From Calditrichia bacterium (GTDB lineage: Bacteria > Calditrichota > Calditrichia > JAJRVZ01), in assembly GCA_963796965.1 (NCBI GenBank), contig CAWCNS010000006.1:128001-192000 (forward strand): a DNA stretch of 64,000 nt, read 5' to 3'. A model generated the notes under the pieces. It was not told the DNA's origin. It did no database searches and saw nothing but the letters and a program-made list of their open reading frames with translations. Within the stretch, counting starts at the first letter, position 1. Every line of letters begins with the position of its first letter. Of this stretch, positions 1 to 10,363 are shown one piece after another. The position numbers were made by a program, and so were the translations under genes.

Positions 1-342
1 TTTCAAACGTTCTGACTTTTTTAGCCCTTTTACTACTAATTCATATGAATGATTAACCATTTCCATGATTTGATTATCATTCAATTCTCCATCCAGATAA
101 ATCATATTCCAATGCCTTTTATTCATATGATATGCCGGTTTTATAGAGGTATAGGAAGAACGAAGGGCATCTGCTCTATCCGGATCGCATTTCACAGAGA
201 TATAAAGTGGATTCTCCTCCCAGGCGATAAGGGCAAACATTTTACTCATGACCTTAAAAACAAGTGCCTGAGGGCCAAAAGGCAATTCTTCAGTGACAAA
301 ATCCTTTGAGTTAAGATACATACGAATTCTCTCCAGATTCAT
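1..342 (-). CDS. MmcQ/YjbR family protein (3' end runs off window)
   Basis: Not in ORF track. Manual translation MNLERIRMYLNSKDFVTEELPFGPQALVFKVMSKMFAL...VKCDPDRADALR...IKPAYHMNKRHWN carries the family motifs PFG, KMFAL, KCDP and PxYHMNKxHW. Confidence 0.85.
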   Translation of the reverse strand, partial: MNLERIRMYLNSKDFVTEELPFGPQALVFKVMSKMFALIAWEENPLYISVKCDPDRADALRSSYTSIKPAYHMNKRHWNMIYLDGELNDNQIMEMVNHSYELVVKGLKKSERLK

Positions 343-350
343 AAAAAATC

Positions 351-1187
351 TCACTCAAACCGACTGGCATCAGCGTAATACGTACCAAGCAGAGTCACAC
401 TATCACAAAAAAAACTAAGTTCTTCTAAAGCGAGTTTTATAAGACGTTCCTGGGGATGGCCTTCAAAGGTTACAAAAAATTTTGCCAATTCTCTGGTTCT
501 ACCAGGAATGTAACTTTCTAATTTTAACATATTTATTTTATTTGTGGCAAATCCACCCAAAGATTTATATAGGGCAGCTGGAATGTTCCTGGCTACAAAA
601 ACCAGTGAAGTAAGCACCCGGCCTTTAGATGGATCCGGATTAACAGGTTGTTTCGATATTGTCAGGAAAAGGGTTGTATTATCATCTTTATCTTCAAAAT
701 TTCTGGCTATAATTTCTAATCCATATTGTTCAGCCGCCAATTCTGATGCGAGGGCTGCTTTAGTTATATCATTGCCTTCTGCAATATCCATTGCTGCCAG
801 AGCTGTATCTGCATAGGGGTGAGGTTTAAGATTTACCTTATGTAAGTTTTTTCGGCATTGTAATAACGCCTGGGGATGCGAGTATACAACTTTTAAAGAT
901 TTAATATCCGCCCCTTTGGGTGCTAATAAATAATGATGGACGCGGTGAAAATATTCCTGTACAATAAATAGATTCATTTCTGGTAATAAGTTGTGAATTT
1001 CTGCCACCCGTCCAGCCTGGGAATTTTCAATTGGAATTAGACCAAGGGACACCTCTCCTGATTTAACCGCCTCGAAAACCTCCTCAAAGGATGGATAGGG
1101 CATAGACTTCATATCCGGATGTATATGGTGGCAGGCAACATCAGAATGAGCCCCCGGTACACCTTGAAAAGCAATGAGATTATTCAT
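351..1187 (-). CDS. pheA: Prephenate dehydratase
   Basis: IAFQGxPGAHS, PIENS, YSHPQALxQC, NTTxF motifs and a C-terminal ACT domain (KLES). Confidence 0.93.
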   Translation of the reverse strand: MNNLIAFQGVPGAHSDVACHHIHPDMKSMPYPSFEEVFEAVKSGEVSLGLIPIENSQAGRVAEIHNLLPEMNLFIVQEYFHRVHHYLLAPKGADIKSLKVVYSHPQALLQCRKNLHKVNLKPHPYADTALAAMDIAEGNDITKAALASELAAEQYGLEIIARNFEDKDDNTTLFLTISKQPVNPDPSKGRVLTSLVFVARNIPAALYKSLGGFATNKINMLKLESYIPGRTRELAKFFVTFEGHPQERLIKLALEELSFFCDSVTLLGTYYADASRFE

Positions 1188-1415
1188 AAGAATGTTTATC
1201 GTTTTGTGATTAGATTGTTTAACTGCAATAATTATTTGTCTATTATAGAAAGAGACATTTTAATCTGCTTTTTCATTGATTTAAATATTACGATTAATAC
1301 AATTCCGTTTCAAATTATATTAACAGTAAAAACTCCCATCTAATTACAAAATTTTTCTGTAAAAAGTGAATTTCATATCGATGATCAAACTCTTTATATA
1401 CAATAATATTTATTA

Positions 1416-1444
1416 TTGACATTCTTTTGATACTTTGGTAAGAT
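1416..1444 (+). promoter_or_regulatory. Sigma70-type promoter of the aromatic leader/DAHP synthase transcript
   Basis: TTGACA (1416-1421), 17-bp spacer, TGn-TAAGAT (1439-1444), about 20 nt upstream of the leader ATG. Confidence 0.7.
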
Positions 1445-1465
1445 TAATCAAAGGAAAAAGTTCTA

Positions 1466-1546
1466 ATGACAACTATTAATACACGCTGGTATTTTTATTA
1501 TTTTATGGTTTTTGCTCTCAAAGGGGCGCTCAAAAGTGTGTATTGA
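1466..1546 (+). CDS. Aromatic amino acid attenuator leader peptide MTTINTRWYFYYFMVFALKGALKSVY
   Basis: 26-aa uORF with six consecutive W/Y/F codons, SD-like AAGGAA upstream, followed by a terminator and then DAHP synthase. Confidence 0.85.
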   Translation: MTTINTRWYFYYFMVFALKGALKSVY

Positions 1547-1571
1547 TTTAAAATACTATTTATGCACTTCT

Positions 1572-1602
1572 AAGCCCCGGACTTAATCGGGGCTTTTTTT
1601 TT
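1572..1602 (+). terminator. Attenuator terminator upstream of DAHP synthase
   Basis: AAGCCCCG...CGGGGCTT stem followed by a long T run. Confidence 0.85.
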
Positions 1603-1644
1603 GTCAAAATTTCGAATATTATTTTTATAAGGCAGAGGTCTAAA

Positions 1645-2745
1645 ATGAACATTAAAATGAGGGAGCGGGATTCGAAAACCCTTGATCAGTGGAAAACACT
1701 AAAGGATAAACCACTAATTATCGCAGGGCCATGTAGTGCTGAAAGTGAAGAGCAAATCATGAGCACAGCCTATCAACTTTCTCGTATATCGGATGTAGCG
1801 ATTTTTCGAGCTGGTATTTGGAAACCTCGTACCCGTCCCAATGGATTTGAAGGTATAGGCAAAGAGGGTTTGCATTGGCTTCAGCGGGTTAAAAAAGAAA
1901 CGGGTCTCCCAACGGCAATAGAAGTTGCAAATGCAAATCATGTATATGAAGCACTCAAGTTTGGGATCGATGTATTATGGATTGGAGCGAGAACCTCTGT
2001 TAATCCGTTTTCAGTACAAGAAATTGCTAATGCCTTACAAGGTGTCGATATACCTGTACTTGTAAAAAATCCTGTCAATCCCGATCTTAATTCCTGGATC
2101 GGTGCCTTGGAGAGAGTTGCACAATCAGGTATCAAACGTCTCGGTGCAATCCATAGAGGATTTTCAACTATTGAAAAATCCCCTTTTAGAAATGCTCCAA
2201 AATGGGAAATACCGGTTGAATTAAAGAGGTTGATGCCAGAGATTCCAATTATCTGCGATCCTAGCCACATTGCTGGAAATCGAGATGCGATTGCAGAATT
2301 ATCTCAAAATGCCCTTGATCTGGCAATGGAAGGATTAATGATCGAGAGTCATGTTGATCCAGATAATGCTGTTAGCGATGCACGGCAGCAAATCACACCC
2401 GAGGCATTAGAAGCCATTCTCAGCACATTGACAGTGCGCCGACCAGAAGGTGATGGCAAAAGTGGTGCTGAAATTTTAGATTTGCTTCGGCGGGAAATTG
2501 ATGAAGTGGATTGGGCGCTATTAGAACTTTTACAACGGAGATCTGAAATTGCGACAAAAATGGGACATTTTAAGAAAAATCATAACATGACTATTTTACA
2601 GGTAAATCGTTGGCAGGAGCTATTAGAAAATCGTCTGCAAAAAGCTAGAAACCTGGGGATCGACGAGAAGATGGTTAAAGATATATATCAATTACTACAC
2701 AAACAGTCTTTTAGGATTCAGAGTGAATTATTGAATAAGAGATAA
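1645..2745 (+). CDS. Bifunctional DAHP synthase (type I-beta) / C-terminal chorismate mutase
   Basis: IAGPCSAES, RAGIWKPRT, WIGAR, DPSH, MIESH motifs; C-terminal AroQ-like domain (LRREIDEVD...R...MGHFKK). Confidence 0.92.
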   Translation: MNIKMRERDSKTLDQWKTLKDKPLIIAGPCSAESEEQIMSTAYQLSRISDVAIFRAGIWKPRTRPNGFEGIGKEGLHWLQRVKKETGLPTAIEVANANHVYEALKFGIDVLWIGARTSVNPFSVQEIANALQGVDIPVLVKNPVNPDLNSWIGALERVAQSGIKRLGAIHRGFSTIEKSPFRNAPKWEIPVELKRLMPEIPIICDPSHIAGNRDAIAELSQNALDLAMEGLMIESHVDPDNAVSDARQQITPEALEAILSTLTVRRPEGDGKSGAEILDLLRREIDEVDWALLELLQRRSEIATKMGHFKKNHNMTILQVNRWQELLENRLQKARNLGIDEKMVKDIYQLLHKQSFRIQSELLNKR

Positions 2746-2784
2746 GGATACGCAATACATGACCATGCTATGCAAATTATGAAC

Positions 2785-2813
2785 AAAGGCCTGAAACAAA
2801 GTTTCTGGCTTTC
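2785..2813. terminator. Possible hairpin between convergent genes
   Basis: Imperfect inverted repeat AAAGGCCTGAAAC / GTTTCTGGCTTTC. Confidence 0.35.
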
Positions 2814-2816
2814 CGA

Positions 2817-4415
2817 TCAATAATTAATAACCTGTTTTTCAGGTTTGTGCATTTTTTGGATTTTATAATTCAAACTATCATTGAGAGCTTGCAAACTGGC
2901 TTCAATAATATCATGAGATACACCTACTGTTGACCACATATTATTTCCATCACCAGATTCGACAAGCACGCGCACCTTTGCTGCTGTACCATTTCGTTCA
3001 TTAAGTACTCTTACCTTATAATCAATTAAATGAGTATCTTTTATTTCCGGATAGAATCTTTTCAAAGCCTTTCTTAATGCTTTATCAAGAGCATTGACCG
3101 GTCCATTTCCGTCAGCAGCAGTATGTTCTTCCTCATCTCCAACTTTTACCTTTAGAACAGCCTCAGCGTATTTGTGCCCCTCCGGACTAAAAAGGACATT
3201 AATTTTAGTGTAAATGACCTCAAAGAACGGTTCGAACTCATTCAATTCAGCTAATAAAAGCAACTCAAAAGAGGCTTCTGCCCCATCAAATTGAAAGCCT
3301 TCATACTCAAGTGATTTAATCTGGTTAACAAATTTTTTACTAAATTCTTTGTCTTCTGGAAGATTTATCCCAAACTCATGCGCTTTGTATCGAATATTAC
3401 TCCCACCCGAAAGATCAGAAATAATTACATGTTGACGATTTCCAATATTTGTAGGATCTATATGTTCATACATTCTGCTATCTTTCAGGATAGAGCTAAC
3501 GTGTATACCCCCTTTATGCGTAAAGGCATATTTCCCCACAAATGCCGCTCTATTATTAGGAACCTGATTCATAAGTTCATCGACATAATGAGAAAGTGAC
3601 GTTAATTTATCAAGATTTTCAACCTGGTTAGTTTTAACCCCCAGTTTTAGATTAAGATTAGGTATTACACTACAAAGATTCGCATTTCCACATCTTTCAC
3701 CAAACCCATTAATAGTACCTTGAACATGAACAGCTCCAGATCTTACTGCTTGAATTGTATTTGCCACAGCAACATCCCCATCATTGTGAGCATGAATTCC
3801 CAGAGGGCTCGTTATTGATTTTTTTACCACCTCAAATATATCAGACACCTCATTGGGTAATGTTCCCCCATTCGTATCACAAAGCACTACCACATCTGCC
3901 CCACCCGTTTCTGCAGCCTGAAGCATTTTAATAGCAAATTCCTGATCATCCTTGTAGCCATCAAAAAAATGCTCAGCATCAAAAACGACTTCTCTGCCAC
4001 TCTCTTTTAAGAATTGAACAGATTTGAAAATTAATTCTTCATTTTCTTCATCAGATAATCCTAAACTTTTATCAGAATGCAGGCGCCAGGTTTTTCCAAA
4101 TATAGAGATGGCTGGTGTTTCCGATTTAAGCAACTTTTGTAGATTAATATCTGTTTTTACACTTTTGGGATTTCGAGCGGTTGATCCAAAAGCACAGATC
4201 TTTGCATACTTTAGAGACAGTTTCTTTACTTCTTCAAAGTACTCTTCATCTCTGGGGTTGCTTCCTGGCCAACCTCCTTCAATGTATTCAACACCAAATT
4301 CATCCAATTTTTGGGTGATCAGCAATTTATCCTGAATTGATACACTTATCGAAGCTGATTGGGTACCATCCCTCAGCGTTGTATCAAATATGTTTACAAA
4401 AACATTATCTTTCAT
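2817..4415 (-). CDS. cimA: Citramalate synthase
   Basis: DTTLRDGTQ, IEGGWPGSNP, FDAEHFFDG, HKGGIH and DYKVRVL, typical of the bacterial CimA subfamily. Confidence 0.9.
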   Translation of the reverse strand: MKDNVFVNIFDTTLRDGTQSASISVSIQDKLLITQKLDEFGVEYIEGGWPGSNPRDEEYFEEVKKLSLKYAKICAFGSTARNPKSVKTDINLQKLLKSETPAISIFGKTWRLHSDKSLGLSDEENEELIFKSVQFLKESGREVVFDAEHFFDGYKDDQEFAIKMLQAAETGGADVVVLCDTNGGTLPNEVSDIFEVVKKSITSPLGIHAHNDGDVAVANTIQAVRSGAVHVQGTINGFGERCGNANLCSVIPNLNLKLGVKTNQVENLDKLTSLSHYVDELMNQVPNNRAAFVGKYAFTHKGGIHVSSILKDSRMYEHIDPTNIGNRQHVIISDLSGGSNIRYKAHEFGINLPEDKEFSKKFVNQIKSLEYEGFQFDGAEASFELLLLAELNEFEPFFEVIYTKINVLFSPEGHKYAEAVLKVKVGDEEEHTAADGNGPVNALDKALRKALKRFYPEIKDTHLIDYKVRVLNERNGTAAKVRVLVESGDGNNMWSTVGVSHDIIEASLQALNDSLNYKIQKMHKPEKQVINY

Positions 4416-4442
4416 AATAGGCCTCTTTTTCTGAGAGTCTTC

Positions 4443-5000
4443 TTATATCATCCCCTCATCCCTGGCATAGTTAAATACGCCACCAGCCTCTATAATAGGC
4501 AGCACCGCGCCAGGTGATTTAAGATGAAATGTTTTTCCGGATGTTTTATTTTCCAAAATATTTTTTTCAAAGTTTATTTCTAAATCGTCACCGGTTTCAA
4601 TTTCAGAGACAAGGTTGATTTCGCTTTCCAGAGGAATCAAGAATCCACCATCTACCGCATTTCTGTAAAATATTCGGGCATAAGATTCTGCAATAATTGC
4701 TTTTACCCCAGCTTTATTGAGGGCAAAAGGAGCATGTTCCCGAGAGGAACCACAACCAAAATTTGATCCACCAATTATAATATGATACTCAGACAAATGC
4801 TTATCCCCATCAATAAAAGGTGTTTGCCCAGCTGGAAGCCCGGCTTGTTCTATTGGAACACCTGATAAAGCAAAGCGACCATATTTTTTTGATTCTTCCG
4901 GATCGGAGAGACTATAAACCAAATGTTCCGCGGGTATAATTTGATCGGTATCAATATTCACACCTAACACATAGGCTTTTCCAGTAATTTGCTTTTCCAT
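4443..5000 (-). CDS. leuD: 3-isopropylmalate dehydratase small subunit
   Basis: NIDTDQIIPA, NFGCGSSREHA, SYARIFYRN; start placed at MEKQITG. Confidence 0.92.
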   Translation of the reverse strand: MEKQITGKAYVLGVNIDTDQIIPAEHLVYSLSDPEESKKYGRFALSGVPIEQAGLPAGQTPFIDGDKHLSEYHIIIGGSNFGCGSSREHAPFALNKAGVKAIIAESYARIFYRNAVDGGFLIPLESEINLVSEIETGDDLEINFEKNILENKTSGKTFHLKSPGAVLPIIEAGGVFNYARDEGMI

Positions 5001-5168
5001 ATAAATTCCCAGATATATTCTCAGACTATAATTTGTTTTTAATATCACTATTAGTTTGAATTATATTCAAATATAAAATCTCTCTTTGTTCAAAGATCTA
5101 ATTATATAAACAGAACATCGAATTTAGAGGTGATAAATATTTCAATTCTTTTTAATAAAAATGTTGTT

Positions 5169-6467
5169 CTAAATTAAAAACTCGCGCGGATCGGTTATTT
5201 CTCCTTTAATAGCAGATGCAGCAACCGTCAATGGTGATGCCAGGTACACTTCCGATTGTTTGCTCCCCATTCGTCCCGGAAAATTCCGGTTAGTTGTTGA
5301 AATCACAATATCACGATCTATGGCTCGTCCAATTGTGTCATCAGGACCTCCCAAACAAGCGGCACAGGAAGATTGGGCGATTACACAGCCTGCTTTTTCA
5401 AGAATTTCTTTTATAGATACACCATTATAAGTTTCTATTTCTAATCGTTTTGCTGTATCGGTACTGGCTGGTACAACAAATGTGGTTACCTTAACTTCGT
5501 GTCCCATTAGAATCTTTGCTGCAGCGATAAAATCATTGATTTTACCTCCTGTGCAGGATCCGATATAACATTTGGTTAGTTTTTCCCCTTGCACATTTCT
5601 TACAGTATCTTTGTTGTCCGGACTGTGAGGCTTAGCTACTAATGGCTCAATTTTTTCAGTATCATAATTAAATTTTTTAAAATATGAAGCATCGTTGTCA
5701 CTTCTGAATTTTTCAAAGCTGATTTTTGACACTTTCTTAAGATATTCTTCAGTCGTTTCATCAGCAGCAATTATACCATTCATAACTCCAGCTTCAATCG
5801 CCATATTACACAATGTCATCCTCTCATACATATCTAAGGATGTAACAGATGATCCATCAAACTCAAGAGCACGGTATGTACCCCCATCCGTCGTAATGTC
5901 ACCAAGAACTTGTAAGATTAAATCCTTTGCTGTCAGATATGAAGGCATTTCACCGTTAAAGGTAAATTTCATTGATTCGGGTACTTTTTCCCAGATCTTT
6001 CCTGTACCCAAAATAAAGGCCGCGTCTGTATTTCCCACACCCGTAGCAAACATACCAAAAGCCCCTGATGTGCAGGTGTGTGAATCAGTACCAATCAGAA
6101 CAGTTCCTGGAATATTATACCCCTCTTCTGCCAGAGCAATATGACAAACACCCTTGTATCGTTCTGTACCTACATCATAATAATTAGGTAAGTCATATTC
6201 TTTTGCAAAATCACGTAGAATTTGTACGTTTCTATTCGCATGCACATTTGCAGTAAAGATATAATGATCAGGAAAAATAACGAGTTTATTTTTATCCCAT
6301 ATTTTAGCCTTTTCACCAAATTCGTTTTTCCAGATTTGGATTGTGGGCGGGCCACAGACATCATGGGTCATTAAAGTATCAACATTCAGCCAGACATTCT
6401 CACCGGGAACAACCTTATCTTTGCCTGATGATTTTGCCATTATTTTTTCTGTTATCGTCATGCCCAT
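5169..6467 (-). CDS. leuC: 3-isopropylmalate dehydratase large subunit
   Basis: MTITEKI, DSHTCTSGA, IGSCTGG, CAACLG, STTNRNFPGRMG. Confidence 0.92.
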   Translation of the reverse strand: MGMTITEKIMAKSSGKDKVVPGENVWLNVDTLMTHDVCGPPTIQIWKNEFGEKAKIWDKNKLVIFPDHYIFTANVHANRNVQILRDFAKEYDLPNYYDVGTERYKGVCHIALAEEGYNIPGTVLIGTDSHTCTSGAFGMFATGVGNTDAAFILGTGKIWEKVPESMKFTFNGEMPSYLTAKDLILQVLGDITTDGGTYRALEFDGSSVTSLDMYERMTLCNMAIEAGVMNGIIAADETTEEYLKKVSKISFEKFRSDNDASYFKKFNYDTEKIEPLVAKPHSPDNKDTVRNVQGEKLTKCYIGSCTGGKINDFIAAAKILMGHEVKVTTFVVPASTDTAKRLEIETYNGVSIKEILEKAGCVIAQSSCAACLGGPDDTIGRAIDRDIVISTTNRNFPGRMGSKQSEVYLASPLTVAASAIKGEITDPREFLI

Positions 6468-6491
6468 AACTAGAAGCACCTTTCTATATAA

Positions 6492-8042
6492 CTACTTTTT
6501 GCTTTTTATGTTTGTATCTTTTTCCAATAGGTTTATGGCATTTAAATAGGCTTTTGCGCTGGCCTCAATAATATCCGTTGAAACACCACGGCCTAAATAG
6601 CTTTTTTCACCATTTCTGATCCTAACCAAGGCTTCACCCATAGCCTGACGACCTTCAGTTACAGATCGTACCTGGTATGATTCAACGCGGTACTTGCATC
6701 CTAAAGCACGGTCAATGGAATTGAACACCGCATCTACCGGTCCATCGCCCGTAGCAGAATCGCTAATCAATTTTCCATCAACCATCAATTTTAAACTTGC
6801 AGTAGGAATAGCATGCGACCCTGAATGAACCTGGATCTGTTCAAGATGAAAATGAGAAGCATCAAGATAAAGTTCATCCCCCATCAACACACGTAAATCA
6901 TCATCATAAACTTCTTTTTTCTTATCGGCCAGATTAGTAAAAAGAGAATAAAGACGATCTAAATCCTCATCAGACACCTTGTATCCAAGCTCATTGAGTC
7001 TGACTTTTAATCCATGTCTGCCGGAATGTCTGCCAAGAACAATTTTTGTTTTTGGCACTCCTACTCTGTCAGGAGTCATAATTTCATAAGTATTTCTATT
7101 TTTTAGCATTCCATCCTGATGAATGCCAGACTCATGGGCAAAAGCATTTCTACCGACGATCGCTTTATTTGGTTGGACAACGAGACCGGTGAATGCTGAG
7201 ACCATGTGACTGGAATTATAAATTTCCTTCGTATCCACGCCCGTCTTGTAAGAAAGCAGATCCTGTCGCACATCTAAGGCCATAACAATTTCTTCAAGAG
7301 ATGCATTACCAGCCCGTTCTCCGATTCCGTTCACCGTGCACTCAACCTGACGTGCTCCTTCTGCAATAGCCGCTAATGAATTCGCAACAGCAAGTCCCAA
7401 ATCATCATGGCAATGTACACTAATTATTGCCTGATCAATATTTTTAACTTTTTGTTTTATTGTGCGAATTTTTTCGGCAAATTCTGTGGGTAATGTATAT
7501 CCCGTTGTATCAGGGATATTAACTGTATTTGCCCCAACTTCAATAGCAGCTTCAATTACGTCACATAAATATTCAAGATCTGTCCGACCGGCATCCTCTG
7601 CAGAAAATTCGACATCATCACAAAAAGTTTTTGCATACTGTACAGCATCCCGGGACATTTTTATAATAGTCTCTCTTTTCTCTGCAAGAGTTTGACCATA
7701 TCGCTTGTGAGCAAATTTCCCTAATATGTGCTGATCTGAAGTGCTGTTAAATGTATGAATTCTTTTTCTTGGGGCATCACTAATCGCCTCCGCCGCCTTT
7801 TTAATATCTATTTCTTTGGAACGTGCCAGAGCGGCAATAATAAGATTTACTTCACCTGATATTCGCTTTACTGCTTCAAATTGTGCTGGCGATGATACAG
7901 GAAATCCTGCTTCAATCACATCTACTTTTAATTTTTCCAGTTGACGAGCAATTTCAAGTTTTTCAAAAATATTTAAGGATGCACCAGGAGACTGTTCTCC
8001 ATCTCTTAAAGTTGTATCGAATACAAGAATCTGATTTTTCAT
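6492..8042 (-). CDS. leuA: 2-isopropylmalate synthase
   Basis: DTTLRDGEQSPG, HCHDDLG, GIGERAGN, HESGIHQDG and a C-terminal regulatory domain. Confidence 0.95.
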   Translation of the reverse strand: MKNQILVFDTTLRDGEQSPGASLNIFEKLEIARQLEKLKVDVIEAGFPVSSPAQFEAVKRISGEVNLIIAALARSKEIDIKKAAEAISDAPRKRIHTFNSTSDQHILGKFAHKRYGQTLAEKRETIIKMSRDAVQYAKTFCDDVEFSAEDAGRTDLEYLCDVIEAAIEVGANTVNIPDTTGYTLPTEFAEKIRTIKQKVKNIDQAIISVHCHDDLGLAVANSLAAIAEGARQVECTVNGIGERAGNASLEEIVMALDVRQDLLSYKTGVDTKEIYNSSHMVSAFTGLVVQPNKAIVGRNAFAHESGIHQDGMLKNRNTYEIMTPDRVGVPKTKIVLGRHSGRHGLKVRLNELGYKVSDEDLDRLYSLFTNLADKKKEVYDDDLRVLMGDELYLDASHFHLEQIQVHSGSHAIPTASLKLMVDGKLISDSATGDGPVDAVFNSIDRALGCKYRVESYQVRSVTEGRQAMGEALVRIRNGEKSYLGRGVSTDIIEASAKAYLNAINLLEKDTNIKSKK

Positions 8043-8243
8043 TTTGGATCTCCAAGATAAATATTACTTAAAACCGCCCTTTCACTCATGCCTATTCAAT
8101 TTTATGTGAAAACCAAATCACTTTAGATCGAGGAGTGAGATAAAATAGGAACCGTGTAATATCACCTTTTTCCAATCTTTTTTATTATTATTCATGAGGG
8201 TCGTATTCTTACGTATCCCTCTGAGAACATTTTCTGCATATAT

Positions 8244-9341
8244 TTAGAGGGTAAATACCCCAATGGCATGATTATTAAATATTTCTTCTACATTCTTTAG
8301 TATTGTCTCTGACATCTCTGTTGTGGAGACCAATGTCATCCCCTCTGAGTGGATATCATTAGTTCGATGCCCCTGTTCAAGGGTTTGTTCTATGGCCTCT
8401 TCAATAATTTGCGCAGCCTGGGTCATTTGAAACGTGTGATTGAACATCATCGCTACCGATGATAGCATAGCAATTGGATTGGCCATATTCTTACCAGCAA
8501 TATCAGGTGCACTTCCATGAACAGGTTCATATAGGGCATATTTATCACCTATACTGGCCGAGGGCAACATACCAAGACTGCCTGTAATCATCCCGGCTAT
8601 ATCACTCAGGATATCTCCAAAAAGATTTGATGTCACCAGTATGTCGAACTGTAATGGATCACGAACAATTTGCATTGCTGCATTATCAACATACATATTC
8701 TGTAATTCAATATCCGGAAATTCTTTCTTAATCTCCTGCACACGTGAGCGCCAGAACTGAGAGACTTCTAATACATTAGCCTTATCAACAGATAGGACCC
8801 TTTTGCTTCTATCCTTAGCCATGACAAATGCCATTCGAACAATGCGGTCAACTTCTTCCTGCAAATAAACCATTGTATTCCAGCCTTTTTTATCATCATA
8901 ACCGCGGGGCTCTCCGAAATAAATCCCACCGGTGAGCTCTCTTAGGACTATGAAATCAGTTCCTTTAAGTACATCGGCTCGGAGAGAAGAAGCATCCAGA
9001 AATGCCGGATAAACTTTTGCCGGCCTTATATTTGCGTATAAGGACAGAGACTTTCTTAACTTTAACAGCCCCGCTTCCGGCTTAATGTGATGCTCCAAAT
9101 CTTCCCACTGCGTACCACCTACCGCACCCAGAAGTACAGCATCAGCACTATAGCAAGCCTCAATTGTATCATCAGTAAGCGGAATACCAAATTTATCAAT
9201 TGAAGCCCCACCAACTAACTTATTAATAAAACTCACATTAATATTATACCGGTCAGCCACAAGATTTACCAGCCTTACGGCAGATTCCATGATTTCCGGG
9301 CCAATACCATCACCTGGCAAAAGTGTTATTTTAATATTCAT
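8244..9341 (-). CDS. leuB: 3-isopropylmalate dehydrogenase
   Basis: LPGDGIGPE, RELTGGIYFG, VDKANVL, YEPVHGSAPDIAG. Confidence 0.95.
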   Translation of the reverse strand: MNIKITLLPGDGIGPEIMESAVRLVNLVADRYNINVSFINKLVGGASIDKFGIPLTDDTIEACYSADAVLLGAVGGTQWEDLEHHIKPEAGLLKLRKSLSLYANIRPAKVYPAFLDASSLRADVLKGTDFIVLRELTGGIYFGEPRGYDDKKGWNTMVYLQEEVDRIVRMAFVMAKDRSKRVLSVDKANVLEVSQFWRSRVQEIKKEFPDIELQNMYVDNAAMQIVRDPLQFDILVTSNLFGDILSDIAGMITGSLGMLPSASIGDKYALYEPVHGSAPDIAGKNMANPIAMLSSVAMMFNHTFQMTQAAQIIEEAIEQTLEQGHRTNDIHSEGMTLVSTTEMSETILKNVEEIFNNHAIGVFTL

Positions 9342-9359
9342 GATTTCGTTCTACTTTCA

Positions 9360-10352
9360 TTAACTATTTTTAACCCAGGACATCATACCACGTAATTTTG
9401 CCCCGACCTTTTCTATCCTATGTTCTTTGGTTTCTTCTCTCAGTCTCTTCATATTAGGCTGGCCTGCAGCATACTCATCCAGCCATTCCTGAGCAAATTT
9501 ACCATTTTGAACTTCTCCCAACATTTGTTTCATCGCTTTTTTTGTATCATCGGTTATAATCTTTGGTCCTCTGCTCATACCGCCATATTCGGCAGTATCA
9601 CTAACCGAATAATTCATACGACTCAATCCACCCTCGTAGAAGAGATCTACAATAAGTTTCAGCTCATGCATACATTCAAAATAAGCTAATTCTTCAGGAT
9701 ATCCGCCTTCAACCAATGTATCAAATCCGGCCTTAATTAATTCAGCCGATCCGCCACAGAGGACAGCTTGTTCTCCAAATAAATCAGTTTCGGTTTCATC
9801 TTTAAAATTAGTCTCAATTACACCGGCGCGAGTCCCACCGATTCCTTTAGCCCAGGCAAGAGCTAAATCTTTTGTATTTCCTGAGGGATCCTGATAAATA
9901 GCGATCAGGCAGGGAACCCCACTTCCTTCTGTAAATGTTCGTCTTACCAGGTGTCCAGGACTTTTTGGAGCAACCATCATAACGTTAACATTTGCAGGGG
10001 GAATAATTTGTTTATAATGAATGTTAAAACCATGAGCAAAAACCAGTGTATCACCCTCTTTTAAATTTGGTGCAATGGCATCATCATAGACCATCTTCTG
10101 TATTTGATCCGGTAAAAGAACCATAATTACTGTGGCAATTTTTACAGCGTCCGATGCCTCCATAACCTCAAATCCAGCCTCCTTAGCCTTTGTCCAGGCC
10201 TCTCCTCCTTTAACTTCAGCTATTATTACATCCATACCACTTTCTTTTAGATTTAAAGCATGGGCATGTCCCTGACTTCCGTATCCTAGTATCGCAATTT
10301 TCTTTGATTTTAGACTATCTAAATTCGCATCGGAATCATAATAGATATTCAT
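9360..10352 (-). CDS. ilvC: Ketol-acid reductoisomerase
   Basis: [34 protein letters not shown]. Confidence 0.96.
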   Translation of the reverse strand: MNIYYDSDANLDSLKSKKIAILGYGSQGHAHALNLKESGMDVIIAEVKGGEAWTKAKEAGFEVMEASDAVKIATVIMVLLPDQIQKMVYDDAIAPNLKEGDTLVFAHGFNIHYKQIIPPANVNVMMVAPKSPGHLVRRTFTEGSGVPCLIAIYQDPSGNTKDLALAWAKGIGGTRAGVIETNFKDETETDLFGEQAVLCGGSAELIKAGFDTLVEGGYPEELAYFECMHELKLIVDLFYEGGLSRMNYSVSDTAEYGGMSRGPKIITDDTKKAMKQMLGEVQNGKFAQEWLDEYAAGQPNMKRLREETKEHRIEKVGAKLRGMMSWVKNS

Positions 10353-10363
10353 TATATATACTC

